A stretch of DNA of 56,781 bases, taken from positions 1 through 56,781 of the forward strand of contig JAIETT010000020.1 of the NCBI GenBank assembly GCA_019744945.1, given 5' to 3'. The notes beneath the pieces were generated by a model. It was not told where the DNA came from. It was given only the letters and a program-made list of their open reading frames with translations, and did not search any database. The translations under genes and the position numbers were made by a program. The stretch's first letter is position 1. Every line of letters begins with the position of its first letter. Source of the DNA: Burkholderiales bacterium (lineage in GTDB: Bacteria > Pseudomonadota > Gammaproteobacteria > Burkholderiales > UBA11063). Positions 20,420 to 29,832 of the stretch are shown here, one piece after another.

Positions 20420-21058
20420 ATGAAAAATAATTTAACTGTATTAATACCATGCCTAAATGAAGCTAAAACAATATCAGATGTTCTTAGTCGTCTTATTAGG
20501 TTTCTTCCAAATATAAGCATAATAGTAATCGACAATGGATCACATGATGGGTCCATAGAAATTATCAAAAGATTTAATGTGACATTGGTTCAAGAACCAT
20601 TGAAAGGTAAAGCGAATGCAATTCGAAAAGGATTACAATTTGTAAATACTGAATTTACGTTGCTGCTAGATGCCGATGATGAATATTACATTACGTCAAT
20701 CGTCCCATTAATAGAGCAGTTGTCACTTTCTGAATCAAACTCAATGATTATTGGAAATCGGCTGAAAAATAGAATGCTATTTCGTTCGCGGATAGCTAAT
20801 TTTTTAATACGTACATGTCTATATTTACGTTACCACAAGATGATTCCAGACTGCTTAACAGGATTAAGAATAGTTCCAACTCAATTACTAAAATTAATCA
20901 CATCACATGGATTTGAATTGGAAACAGAGCTAAATATTCTCTGTTTACGTAAAAATTTGAATATCATTCCTGTTGATATTTATTATTCACCTCGTGTCTA
21001 CGGTAAAAAAATAAAATCAACTGATATGATTAAATTATTGAAAGTTGTATATCAATGA
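20420..21058 (+). CDS. GT2 glycosyltransferase (polyprenol-phosphate glycosyltransferase/DPM1-like)
   Basis: IPCLNEA, IDNGSHDGS, GKANA, DADDEY, FELETEL. Confidence 0.85.
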   Translation: MKNNLTVLIPCLNEAKTISDVLSRLIRFLPNISIIVIDNGSHDGSIEIIKRFNVTLVQEPLKGKANAIRKGLQFVNTEFTLLLDADDEYYITSIVPLIEQLSLSESNSMIIGNRLKNRMLFRSRIANFLIRTCLYLRYHKMIPDCLTGLRIVPTQLLKLITSHGFELETELNILCLRKNLNIIPVDIYYSPRVYGKKIKSTDMIKLLKVVYQ

Positions 21059-22437
21059 AATCTAAAGACTCTTTAATTTGGCTACCAGTTATTTATTTGG
21101 CGATGATTGCTATTCTTTTTGCAGTTAGTATGCCAATGCCACAAGATGATTTATTACGAGATATTGTTGCAGGTGACTATGGATACAATTACGCCAACTT
21201 ATACGCATTTGCTCCTTTTATGGCTAAATATAATCAATACATTGCATTCGATATTTTTTTACACGACTTAAATCAGTTGGTTAGTAAAACAATAGTTGCT
21301 CATATTATTCAAACTATGTGTTACTTATTGTTCATAGCCCCATGTTTATTGATTTTTATGCGCACTTTAAAATTATCTAAGGATAAATACGTATGGTTAA
21401 CACTGTTACTCATTGTATTGTTAAATAATTTTACGATGTCTAGATTAGTTTTAGCTCGCCCTGAAATGATATTTACTTGTTGGATTACTTGGGGATTATT
21501 AGCTAAAATAGTAAATCGTAATCATTATAAATTTCTTTGGATAGTTATTGGATTTTGTTTAATCCCAACATACTGGTTAGCATTTTTTTATACTCCAGCA
21601 ATTTTCTTTATCATGAATAAAAAGGTCAATAAGATTATTATTTCATTGATGTTTGTTGGTGCAAATTTATTATTTTGGCAATATTATTCACATAACCAAT
21701 GGATACATAGTTTTTTAGATTTGCCACATCTTTACCATAACCGCCTTGCTGTTGTTGGTGAAAACAAATCAATCTTGATTTGGTTTTTAACTCCAATAAC
21801 ATCTATTAGTAGTGTGCTATATGGTTATAGCTATCGCCACCAGATCAATAACATTCTAAATGAACTATTTGTAAACAGGAATTACAAAATTATTAAGCTA
21901 AAAAATATCAATCTAAAATGGATATTTAACAATAGTTTGACATTTACCTGTGCGATGTTAATGCTATGCTTCGCTCTATTAAACATGATTCGTTATTCTG
22001 CATTAATTTCTGTATTGTTCTGTATACTACTAGCAATAAGAATACAAAAAGAAATTGGACCACTCCCTGGCTATATAAAGTATATAACATTATGTCTTGC
22101 TATCTTTGTTCCGTTAAATGTAGACTGTTATCGCACTATTCCAAAATTTAATTTACCTGCAAATTCAGTTGTCTTAGGAACCAATCAGTCAAATTATTAT
22201 GTTCCATTTTATAGCCCAAAAATAAAAATAGCCCCAGCTATGGAAATTGGGGCCAATACTAAAGACGTTCAGCTAATGATGAAGTCAATTGATATTGAAG
22301 GAACTGTATCTTGTGCCGCATTACAAAAATATAAATTTGATTTTGTAGTGGAGCGAAACCTTACAAGCATTCCATCATGCTTAAAAATATATCAAGTTCA
22401 ACATGGCTGGCGAGCATGGAAAGTTATTTATGATTAG
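21055..22437 (+). CDS. Polytopic membrane protein, putative GT-C glycosyltransferase
   Basis: Acidic DD after first TM (PQDDLLR), ARPE motif, about 10 hydrophobic segments; ATGA overlap with GT2. Confidence 0.55.
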   Translation: MKSKDSLIWLPVIYLAMIAILFAVSMPMPQDDLLRDIVAGDYGYNYANLYAFAPFMAKYNQYIAFDIFLHDLNQLVSKTIVAHIIQTMCYLLFIAPCLLIFMRTLKLSKDKYVWLTLLLIVLLNNFTMSRLVLARPEMIFTCWITWGLLAKIVNRNHYKFLWIVIGFCLIPTYWLAFFYTPAIFFIMNKKVNKIIISLMFVGANLLFWQYYSHNQWIHSFLDLPHLYHNRLAVVGENKSILIWFLTPITSISSVLYGYSYRHQINNILNELFVNRNYKIIKLKNINLKWIFNNSLTFTCAMLMLCFALLNMIRYSALISVLFCILLAIRIQKEIGPLPGYIKYITLCLAIFVPLNVDCYRTIPKFNLPANSVVLGTNQSNYYVPFYSPKIKIAPAMEIGANTKDVQLMMKSIDIEGTVSCAALQKYKFDFVVERNLTSIPSCLKIYQVQHGWRAWKVIYD

Positions 22438-22714
22438 CCTCACTTTCATAATAACTACTACTGGCAGTTTGTGCACTACCATAAACAGAGCGATAGACTC
22501 CGTATTGACACCAGCCAAGGGCTTTACTTGTAAATGCATTAATTGTTTTACTTGCATCATAATCCCACCGTGAAGCAATAGATTCTGATACTTGACCAGT
22601 AACCTCAACGGGGTAACAAATTCTATATACTCGCGTTTCAGGTGATTGTCCAAGCCAGACATAAAAACCCCACAAGACTAATAATGCACTAAAGATAAAA
22701 CCAAATATTTTCAT
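22424..22714 (-). CDS. Small membrane-anchored protein with Cys pair
   Basis: MKIFGFIFSALLVLWGFYVWLG...RICYP...WCQYG; likely start 22714. Confidence 0.6.
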   Translation of the reverse strand: MKIFGFIFSALLVLWGFYVWLGQSPETRVYRICYPVEVTGQVSESIASRWDYDASKTINAFTSKALGWCQYGVYRSVYGSAQTASSSYYESEANHK

Positions 22715-24557
22715 GAGAAATCCTATGTTTAAAAAATTTAATAATTTACAAATTGGCGGAACAAGCGACACCATTTGCTTGAGCTTAATGGGTAGTCCAT
22801 TAATTGCCAATATGCCCTTATTTTATAACCCACAATTTTTTTATTTATACCCAATAATGGGTATTTTTGGCACGATAGGTCTTTCTTATCGAATTCTGGA
22901 AAATTATCGAAATGACACATTACTTGATTCAAGCACAAAATTTATTTCAAGTCCACCTCATGCAAAATTTAATAAAGACCAAGACTTATTAGTTGGGTAT
23001 ACCACTGACAAAGGTATACCAATTGGGCTATATCATGAGATTATGACGCGACATATTTCAATTGTTGGCCAATCAGGTACAGGTAAATCTGTATTTAACC
23101 GTAATTTTCTATTTCAACACGCTTTAACTGGTGGTGGATTAATGCACATTGATGGTAAAAATGATGATGGTGACTTCTTGAAATTTTATAGCTTAATGAA
23201 ATCAATCGGCCGAGGTGATGATGTTTTAGTAATTGATTTTGACAATCCAGAGATGTCCAACTCATATAATCCAATCCTATACGGTGATCCTGATGAAGTT
23301 GCTACACGCATTGTTTCATTGATTCCTTTCTCGGAAGGTAGTCCAGGAGCAGATCATTATCGCTCTGAAGCAACAATTGCATTGACTACATTTGTTGCAG
23401 CATTACAAAAAGCAGGATTAGCTTACTCTATGATAGATCTCGCATTATTATTGATGTCAGATAAAGCCTTGGCCGAACTAGACGAAAAGTTGACAGAAAT
23501 AGACGAGTATGCTGAAGAAACAATTAATTTTAAGACCTTTTTAAGTAAATGTATAAAAAAAGGTAAAATTGATACTATTTATCTCAAATCAATGTTTGGT
23601 GGAGTTGGTGGGCGTATCTTTCAACTTGGCACAGGTAAATTTGGACAGATCACAAGCACATATAATCCAGATGTTAAATTATTTGATGTAATAACTAAAA
23701 ATAAAATTCTGTGGGTTAAATTGCCGACATTAGGAAAAACTGAAGCAGCAAATGCATTCGGTAAAATTTTAGTTTCAGATCTTAGAACTGCTGTATCTTG
23801 GGTATTAAAACTACCAGAAGATAAGAAACCAAGCCCTCTATTCCTTGCTTCGATGGATGAGGCAGGATCCTACGTAAACGACTCTTGGGGTCGTTTATTT
23901 GAACAAGCTCGTTCTGCAAGAATTGTCATGATGCCAGCAGTTCAAACAACGGCCAACTATAAAAAAGTTAGCGATGAGCTATTATCAATTGTTGAAGGAA
24001 ATACATGGAATAAGATATATTTTAAAGTCGGTGATATTGATACCGCTGAACGAGTTGTTAAGAACTTAGGAAAGACCAAAACAATTAAATATAGTGTTAC
24101 ATCTACTGAGAACTCAAGCGAAAGTAGACAAAATCTACAAGTTGCTCCTAATGCCAACGTTGGAGCCGCAGCAGGTAAAAACATTGGCACTCAAGAAATT
24201 GAAGAAGATATTATTACTGCACCACAATTAGAAGCATTAGGTATTGGTGAATGCCTACTCGTTGTTGGAGGTAAACACATTTATCATTTGAAGCTACCAA
24301 TCATTTCAGCTTTGGAAACGTGCAAATTTAAAGTTAATCTCTTTGGGTTAGATACTCCAGAAACTGGTATCAGCCTAAAATTGAACTATAAAAAATACAT
24401 TGATGTAGCTGAACTAAAAAAAGAGTTAGAGATTTCTGAAGATAAGAATGGACTAGATTTACTAGACTCAGCTGAAGAAAAAGAAGCCAAAGCTAAACGT
24501 ATGACACAAATCAAGGCTAGGTTCACAAGATTCTTAGATTTATTTATGGATAAATAA
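22713..24557 (+). CDS. traD: Type IV coupling protein (TraD/TrbC/DotL-like ATPase)
   Basis: Walker A GQSGTGKS, IDGK, SYNP, Walker B MDEAG, EQARSA. Confidence 0.8.
   Translation: MRNPMFKKFNNLQIGGTSDTICLSLMGSPLIANMPLFYNPQFFYLYPIMGIFGTIGLSYRILENYRNDTLLDSSTKFISSPPHAKFNKDQDLLVGYTTDKGIPIGLYHEIMTRHISIVGQSGTGKSVFNRNFLFQHALTGGGLMHIDGKNDDGDFLKFYSLMKSIGRGDDVLVIDFDNPEMSNSYNPILYGDPDEVATRIVSLIPFSEGSPGADHYRSEATIALTTFVAALQKAGLAYSMIDLALLLMSDKALAELDEKLTEIDEYAEETINFKTFLSKCIKKGKIDTIYLKSMFGGVGGRIFQLGTGKFGQITSTYNPDVKLFDVITKNKILWVKLPTLGKTEAANAFGKILVSDLRTAVSWVLKLPEDKKPSPLFLASMDEAGSYVNDSWGRLFEQARSARIVMMPAVQTTANYKKVSDELLSIVEGNTWNKIYFKVGDIDTAERVVKNLGKTKTIKYSVTSTENSSESRQNLQVAPNANVGAAAGKNIGTQEIEEDIITAPQLEALGIGECLLVVGGKHIYHLKLPIISALETCKFKVNLFGLDTPETGISLKLNYKKYIDVAELKKELEISEDKNGLDLLDSAEEKEAKAKRMTQIKARFTRFLDLFMDK
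22847..22864. promoter_or_regulatory. Palindromic operator, copy 5 (inside 5' part of coupling-protein ORF)
   Basis: ATACCCaataatGGGTAT. Confidence 0.65.
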
Positions 24558-24573
24558 ACCATTCATGACTACA

Positions 24574-24652
24574 TTTAGTGTATAATAATATTCAGACCAA
24601 CATAAAGAAATCGTTAAGTTATAGAATTCTTATGGATCTAAGAGTAGATAAT
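24574..24652 (+). CRISPR. Orphan mini-array: repeat-end remnant, one 31-nt spacer, one degenerate repeat
   Basis: TTTAGTGTATAAT (24574-24586), spacer AATATTCAGACCAACATAAAGAAATCGTTAA (24587-24617), GTTATAGAATTCTTATGGATCTAAGAGTAGATAAT (24618-24652) versus array repeat GTTATAGAATCCTTACGGATTTAAGTAGTATATAAT. Confidence 0.75.
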
Positions 24653-24706
24653 CCAAAAAAAATTAAACTTAAGTTCCAGTAATTTTTTTGAATGTTATAA
24701 TGACGA

Positions 24707-24806
24707 ATATACTACTTAAATCTGTGAGCATTTTATAATGATGCTTCAAGCAGTAAGGCTTACATCCGACTGTAGTAATGAAACCACGACCTAGATCGTG
24801 GTTTTT
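24707..24806 (+). ncRNA. Second (orphan) tracrRNA copy
   Basis: Near-identical to 37713-37810, including anti-repeat, nexus region and terminator; own TGtTATAAT extended -10 at 24693-24701. Confidence 0.85.
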
Positions 24807-24852
24807 GCATTATAAAAGATACTTTCTCATTTTTAACACCATTTAAGAAAAC

Positions 24853-25057
24853 AAGCCCTAGCGGCGTGAGCGACCCAAACCAAAAAAATCTTACTGTTAT
24901 ATACCCATTGCACCAAACAGCTGTCTGTGTAATTAACGGAGATAACTTGTTAGGCTTCCTGTGTGTCAAGCGGTGGGCAGGTAGCGGTAGCGTCCAGCTG
25001 TCCACGGTTTGTCCAGCAGGAAACTAATTGGTTATTCCGTGGTAGCCCATTAGGGCT
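24853..25057. repeat. Second copy of the GC-rich hairpin element seen at 10.73-10.97 kb
   Basis: GTCAAGCGGTGGGCAGGTAGC..GCTGTCCACGGTTTGTCCA (24965-25015) versus GTCAATGGCGGTGGTCAGGTAGC..GCTGTCCACGGGCTTGTCCA (10841-10892). Confidence 0.65.
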
Positions 25058-25096
25058 AAATTCACATACTGCGCTCGCTTATTGTTCAGCACAACT

Positions 25097-25708
25097 TCAT
25101 AAAATATAATTCATACTATCTGTCCCTGTGTATTCAATAAATAAAATACCTAACTCACTACAATCTCTACGACAAAGAGTATAAAATTGTTCAGAAATTT
25201 TATAAAATTTTCTATTTTCATCATCATCACAATCATAATAATTAGTTATAAAAAACTCACTGCACATTAAAATTGGCTTTTCGAAATCTTTTATACTATT
25301 AATTAAATAAGGTAAAATTAATGCAATATGATCATTACATACATGACTTTTGACTTCAATCCAATTTACACCATCGCTAATAATATTTTTTGGCTCTTCA
25401 TTACTCCAGAACCTTGCCAACCATTCTTCCTTAATAGTTGTTAACGCTATATCAGCTATTTCAGATAACTTGTCCTCAGAATTCTGCCGAGTATAATCTT
25501 TTACAATTCTTTCTAAATTTCTTTTGTAATGCTCTGAATTATATTTAATACAGTAATTAAGTTCATCACTCCAAAAGTTCAAATATTCTTTTTTACAAAA
25601 TTTATTTAGTTGCCGAATCCTAACTTGATCCATGACATCTTTAAGCGTGTAATGATTGACAATAGGAACGCTTGGTCTGGTTGATCCAATGATAGTTATG
25701 TTTTTCAT
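25097..25708 (-). CDS. Hypothetical protein
   Basis: 203-aa ORF, no motif recognised. Confidence 0.65.
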   Translation of the reverse strand: MKNITIIGSTRPSVPIVNHYTLKDVMDQVRIRQLNKFCKKEYLNFWSDELNYCIKYNSEHYKRNLERIVKDYTRQNSEDKLSEIADIALTTIKEEWLARFWSNEEPKNIISDGVNWIEVKSHVCNDHIALILPYLINSIKDFEKPILMCSEFFITNYYDCDDDENRKFYKISEQFYTLCRRDCSELGILFIEYTGTDSMNYIL

Positions 25709-25781
25709 TATTATTTAATTCCTATTTATGATTTACGTTATATTAAATATTATTTCTTATTGACATAATTAAACATTAATG

Positions 25782-26183
25782 TCATGTATTACTATAAATT
25801 TTAGAACATTCTTTTTTCAATTTAGATTGTTGACTCAATGATAGTTCAGGGTGCTTATTTTGCGATAAATATTGATTCACAATGTTGATTAGAGTATCAA
25901 CATTTACACTTCCATTTACTCTAGAATCTCTAATAAATGAAAGGCTGCGCCAACTAGGGATTTCAGTAATAGTGTAAATTATTGCGGCCATTGCATTATC
26001 TTGATTGACTTGCTTTTGCTGTTCATGAATTTTATCAATATTAATCTTATTTCTAGCTTTTGCAATGGCTTGTTCTTGGTTGTATTGCCCATTTATAAAT
26101 ATCGAATCACCAAAACACAAGCTACTAACCAATATGCTACTAAATTTAATCAACTTTGAAATAACGTTTTTCTCTGACATCAT
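25782..26183 (-). CDS. Hypothetical exported protein
   Basis: Signal-peptide-like N-terminus; overlaps trbC end. Confidence 0.55.
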   Translation of the reverse strand: MMSEKNVISKLIKFSSILVSSLCFGDSIFINGQYNQEQAIAKARNKINIDKIHEQQKQVNQDNAMAAIIYTITEIPSWRSLSFIRDSRVNGSVNVDTLINIVNQYLSQNKHPELSLSQQSKLKKECSKIYSNT

Positions 26184-26919
26184 TTAACCTTTGAGTTGCT
26201 GCAGCTACTAAAATTTGATTCTTACTATTTAATCTAACATAATCCAACATCGCTTGAACTGATACCTCACCTGCAACTTTGCTGAAATCACCAGGTGAGT
26301 TGCAACCATCTACTAGTGGGTTATTTGGTGATTTGGTTACAACTAGAGCTGGAATCTCGGTAACATCATATTTCTCAAAGGCTGGCGGATCAATCATTAT
26401 AGTGAGCTCAGGATATAAACTTCGTAAATCTCGTATAAACGTTGAAGTTTCCTTATACGAATTTTTTATAAAACCACGTAATACGATTGGGATCTTATAT
26501 TTAATTGCCTGACCAGCATACAACATAATTGTTTCTTTATCTAATGTTGTAAAGCTCAAGTACAGGGATACATCAGTATTATTTGGATTACTACCTATTT
26601 GCTGTTGTGCTTGCTTTAGCAACGTATTAATATCAATTTTATTTGCCACTAGTTTACTTGAGTCAATTTGTGGCATATCACTACCACCAACCTTTAGATT
26701 ATTGATCTTAATTTTATTACTTGCTTGTGCAGACTCCATATTAATTTGACTAATATCAGATTTATTTTGTGCTTGTATGGTTCCAAAATTACTTGAGACT
26801 AGTCCGATTTGACTCTCATTTCGAGCCTGAACTACCTGCATAGAAGTACCAACGACATTATCACCAAAAGCTATGCTTATTACACCAATAGATAATATTA
26901 AATATAATTTAGGTTTCAT
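26146..26919 (-). CDS. trbC: F-type conjugative pilus assembly protein TrbC
   Basis: Signal peptide; LYLSFT, IVLRGF, IDPPAFEKYDVTEIPALV, GEVSV motifs; downstream of traU. Confidence 0.85.
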   Translation of the reverse strand: MKPKLYLILSIGVISIAFGDNVVGTSMQVVQARNESQIGLVSSNFGTIQAQNKSDISQINMESAQASNKIKINNLKVGGSDMPQIDSSKLVANKIDINTLLKQAQQQIGSNPNNTDVSLYLSFTTLDKETIMLYAGQAIKYKIPIVLRGFIKNSYKETSTFIRDLRSLYPELTIMIDPPAFEKYDVTEIPALVVTKSPNNPLVDGCNSPGDFSKVAGEVSVQAMLDYVRLNSKNQILVAAATQRLNDVREKRYFKVD

Positions 26920-26932
26920 CTTTTTTCTTTTA

Positions 26933-27457
26933 CTAATAATTAGCTTTACAGGTAAATACAGCTGTATAGTTACCAGGCATTACAGGATTAGTAACGACTG
27001 AATTAATCGTGTAGCCAATATCCATTGTTACACTTTCACCATTTGCTACATAGGGATTTGAAATATTAAAACTTGTAACCATCACAGCATCTTTTATTGA
27101 TGGCATTGTGTTTCCATTAACTACCATCAATAAATCCTGCACTTGATTAAGTTTTTGCAAACTAGCAACAAATACATATCTATTATATGTGTAATATAAT
27201 GCTGGATCATACGATGAAATTTCTACCAATGTTGGATATGTTGTTGTAGTATTATCTTTCACAACACGAGCATTTCCATTATATCCAGTAACAAAAGATG
27301 AAATGCTGATTGGTAACCCAGTACAGTTTGGAATTGTTATAGGAGGATTATCACCTCCACTTCCACCTGAAGTAGAGCTTCCTCCACTACCTCCACCATT
27401 ACAGCCAATTAATAATGCAGTTGCAGTAATTATTAATATTGATTTTTTAATTTTCAT
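26933..27457 (-). CDS. Lipoprotein with Gly/Ser linker
   Basis: MKIKK start after AAAGGA RBS, lipobox LLIGC followed by NGGGSGGSS. Confidence 0.7.
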   Translation of the reverse strand: MKIKKSILIITATALLIGCNGGGSGGSSTSGGSGGDNPPITIPNCTGLPISISSFVTGYNGNARVVKDNTTTTYPTLVEISSYDPALYYTYNRYVFVASLQKLNQVQDLLMVVNGNTMPSIKDAVMVTSFNISNPYVANGESVTMDIGYTINSVVTNPVMPGNYTAVFTCKANY

Positions 27458-27470
27458 GATATATCCTTTA

Positions 27471-28499
27471 TTAATTAGGTATTGTGATGCCACTACAGCA
27501 GTCACGACGTTGATAAATGTGGTAACTAAAATCTTCACCTACTGTCGGGAAATTATGGCCAGCAGTCCATCCCGAAGTAGTTCTGCCAAATGGAGAGCAG
27601 CACTTTCCTCCAGAAATAGGATCAATAAATCCCATTGGAAAAATCATACTATATTTATACTCGGTTTTATTCATCAATGGCTGAGGGACAAATGGCGCAA
27701 AAACAGCTAAAGCTCCAGCTGTTGAATACTCTAAAAGTTGTCTATGGTTTTTATGGAGCAATCGTTCCATTGTTAGAACACTGTCATCAATTGGATTCGT
27801 ACCAGGTAAATTACCATCCAATGGATACATTGAACCTTGACACCCAGCACTCCAGTACGCTAAACCACTGCTAATATTCCAAGCACCAGGCATATTATTA
27901 ATACAGTCCAATGCATTCGAGATAGGTGTTAATGGATTTGCATACAGAATAACGTCAGGATTAATATAAAACGTTAAATTATCGTTATTCCATAATGGAT
28001 CTAGCTCTGTTAAATATGCAATATCAAAATCAGCAGCTTGTGTACAAGACATATCAATTGGCACTTCCAAAAGAAATAACAATGGATCAATATATGTATG
28101 TGCTTGATACACGTTATTCAGCTTCACTCCCTCTGGTTTAGTTTCTCCAGGCTTTTTATATAGATCACCAATTCCTGCGGATAAATCAACACCACCTAAG
28201 CCAACCATACAGTATGGGGTTCTGGTTACATCAACTAGTTTGTTTGGATCATAGAAATCCATTCCCACACCAATTTTGAAGCCAAGTGGAGTTTGCCCTG
28301 CACACAGTGCTGGTGCATGAAATGACCCAGCAGGTTCTTCACCACGTGGATTAAGTATTTCAATTCCAGCAATGGTGAAAGGAAACATACAACTCCAGCA
28401 GATATCAGTTATAGGATTTGCAAATGTGCCCACACAAACGGCTTGAGCATTGCCCCAAAATAGTGTTGCGGCGAAGACTGCGATAATTTTATTCTTCAT
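27471..28499 (-). CDS. traU: Conjugal transfer protein TraU
   Basis: NPITDICWSCMFP, YLTELDPLW, GCQGSMYP, GEDF..RRDCC. Confidence 0.93.
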   Translation of the reverse strand: MKNKIIAVFAATLFWGNAQAVCVGTFANPITDICWSCMFPFTIAGIEILNPRGEEPAGSFHAPALCAGQTPLGFKIGVGMDFYDPNKLVDVTRTPYCMVGLGGVDLSAGIGDLYKKPGETKPEGVKLNNVYQAHTYIDPLLFLLEVPIDMSCTQAADFDIAYLTELDPLWNNDNLTFYINPDVILYANPLTPISNALDCINNMPGAWNISSGLAYWSAGCQGSMYPLDGNLPGTNPIDDSVLTMERLLHKNHRQLLEYSTAGALAVFAPFVPQPLMNKTEYKYSMIFPMGFIDPISGGKCCSPFGRTTSGWTAGHNFPTVGEDFSYHIYQRRDCCSGITIPN

Positions 28500-28878
28500 A
28501 AATTTTCTTTCCTGTTTTTTGTTTTTGACGACGATATAAGACAACATTAACAACTATCATTGAAAGAACCACTCCAGCAAAAGCGAATAAAACAACAATC
28601 CTCAACCTTGCACGGTATGATTCATTTTCAACAATGAGCTGTTGCTTATAAACGTTGTATGATTCAATTTTATTGTTTAGCTCCAGTTTTTTAGCCGCAA
28701 CCTGCTTATTTACTTCTGATTCATAATTAAATTTCAAATTGTTTAGTTTGTTTTGAGTATTATTTAATTGAACTATTAATTGATCTTTCTCCATCTGACA
28801 ATCTTCAGGATTTACATTTTTTGATTTACTACAACCAAATAATAAACATGAACACATAATAATTATTAATTTTTTCAT
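28489..28878 (-). CDS. Lipoprotein with coiled coil and C-terminal TM
   Basis: Lipobox LLFGC; C-terminal hydrophobic stretch. Confidence 0.65.
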   Translation of the reverse strand: MKKLIIIMCSCLLFGCSKSKNVNPEDCQMEKDQLIVQLNNTQNKLNNLKFNYESEVNKQVAAKKLELNNKIESYNVYKQQLIVENESYRARLRIVVLFAFAGVVLSMIVVNVVLYRRQKQKTGKKIYEE

Positions 28879-29519
28879 AATTTAACCTCCTCAACTCTCA
28901 GACGATTGTATTTAATATCATCTTGATAAACAATTGTTGGTACATGCTGAATACCAAACTTTTTAACCAATACTGCACCTTGATCATAAAACATTAAATG
29001 CTTTTGATCTTTGAGTAGATCTCTAAATTTATTTGCACCAATTAGCACAATGCTTGTTGGGAATTTAGAACGCTTGCTTTCTGCTATTGCCCACTTAACC
29101 TGATCTGGATATCTCCCATCGATAAAAATCAACTCATTATTAAATGGCATATATGTGGTTGGATTGATAACTTGACCTTTATGAGCTAAAACTGTTTTAG
29201 TAAATGGGTCTACAATATCTTGGTTGATTTTTATTGATGGATCATAATATCTCACCGAGCTCTCCACTGTTGGTCCAATACCTGCGATTACAGGTGGATA
29301 ATCAATCCGCTGTTCAGTTTTATTAATTTCTTTTTGACGGATCTTTTCCCACGTTCCATCTTGAACCATTTTGGCCGCCTTATTTTGGATATACTCCAAC
29401 AAGCTTTGTTCTCCAATTGGATATGTTTTACCTATTTTGCCAAGGTCTTCAGCATAGACTGACATACAGATGCACAATAGAAGGTAGGTCGCTAATTTAT
29501 TCATCGGTGATAACTCCAA
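28875..29519 (-). CDS. traW: F-type pilus assembly protein TraW
   Basis: DLGKIGKTYPIGE, YYDPS, GQVINP, LIFIDG, FYDQGAVLVKKFGIQHVP. Confidence 0.92.
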   Translation of the reverse strand: MELSPMNKLATYLLLCICMSVYAEDLGKIGKTYPIGEQSLLEYIQNKAAKMVQDGTWEKIRQKEINKTEQRIDYPPVIAGIGPTVESSVRYYDPSIKINQDIVDPFTKTVLAHKGQVINPTTYMPFNNELIFIDGRYPDQVKWAIAESKRSKFPTSIVLIGANKFRDLLKDQKHLMFYDQGAVLVKKFGIQHVPTIVYQDDIKYNRLRVEEVKL

Positions 29520-29832
29520 TCTGTTTTTTATTCAATGCTGGGTAAATACTAATATGTGAACGGCTTAAATTATAAAAATACACTCTAAATGCAAATAGCA
29601 AATATTTAATAAACCACCAACACATCTTTAAAAACCAAATGGCCATAGCCTCAAATACGTATTTGATTAATGGGTGGATAATATATTTCACAAACGTATG
29701 TGTGATATGACGAATAACACTTCCTACACCAGGAATAATCAACAAAATCAAATATAACGCTAAAATAATTATTGCTAATATGATTACTTCACGATAACTA
29801 ACATCAAAGTGAAAAGGTAGAACATCAAACAT
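29497..29832 (-). CDS. Hypothetical membrane protein
   Basis: Hydrophobic 111-aa ORF in operon. Confidence 0.65.
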   Translation of the reverse strand: MFDVLPFHFDVSYREVIILAIIILALYLILLIIPGVGSVIRHITHTFVKYIIHPLIKYVFEAMAIWFLKMCWWFIKYLLFAFRVYFYNLSRSHISIYPALNKKQIGVITDE

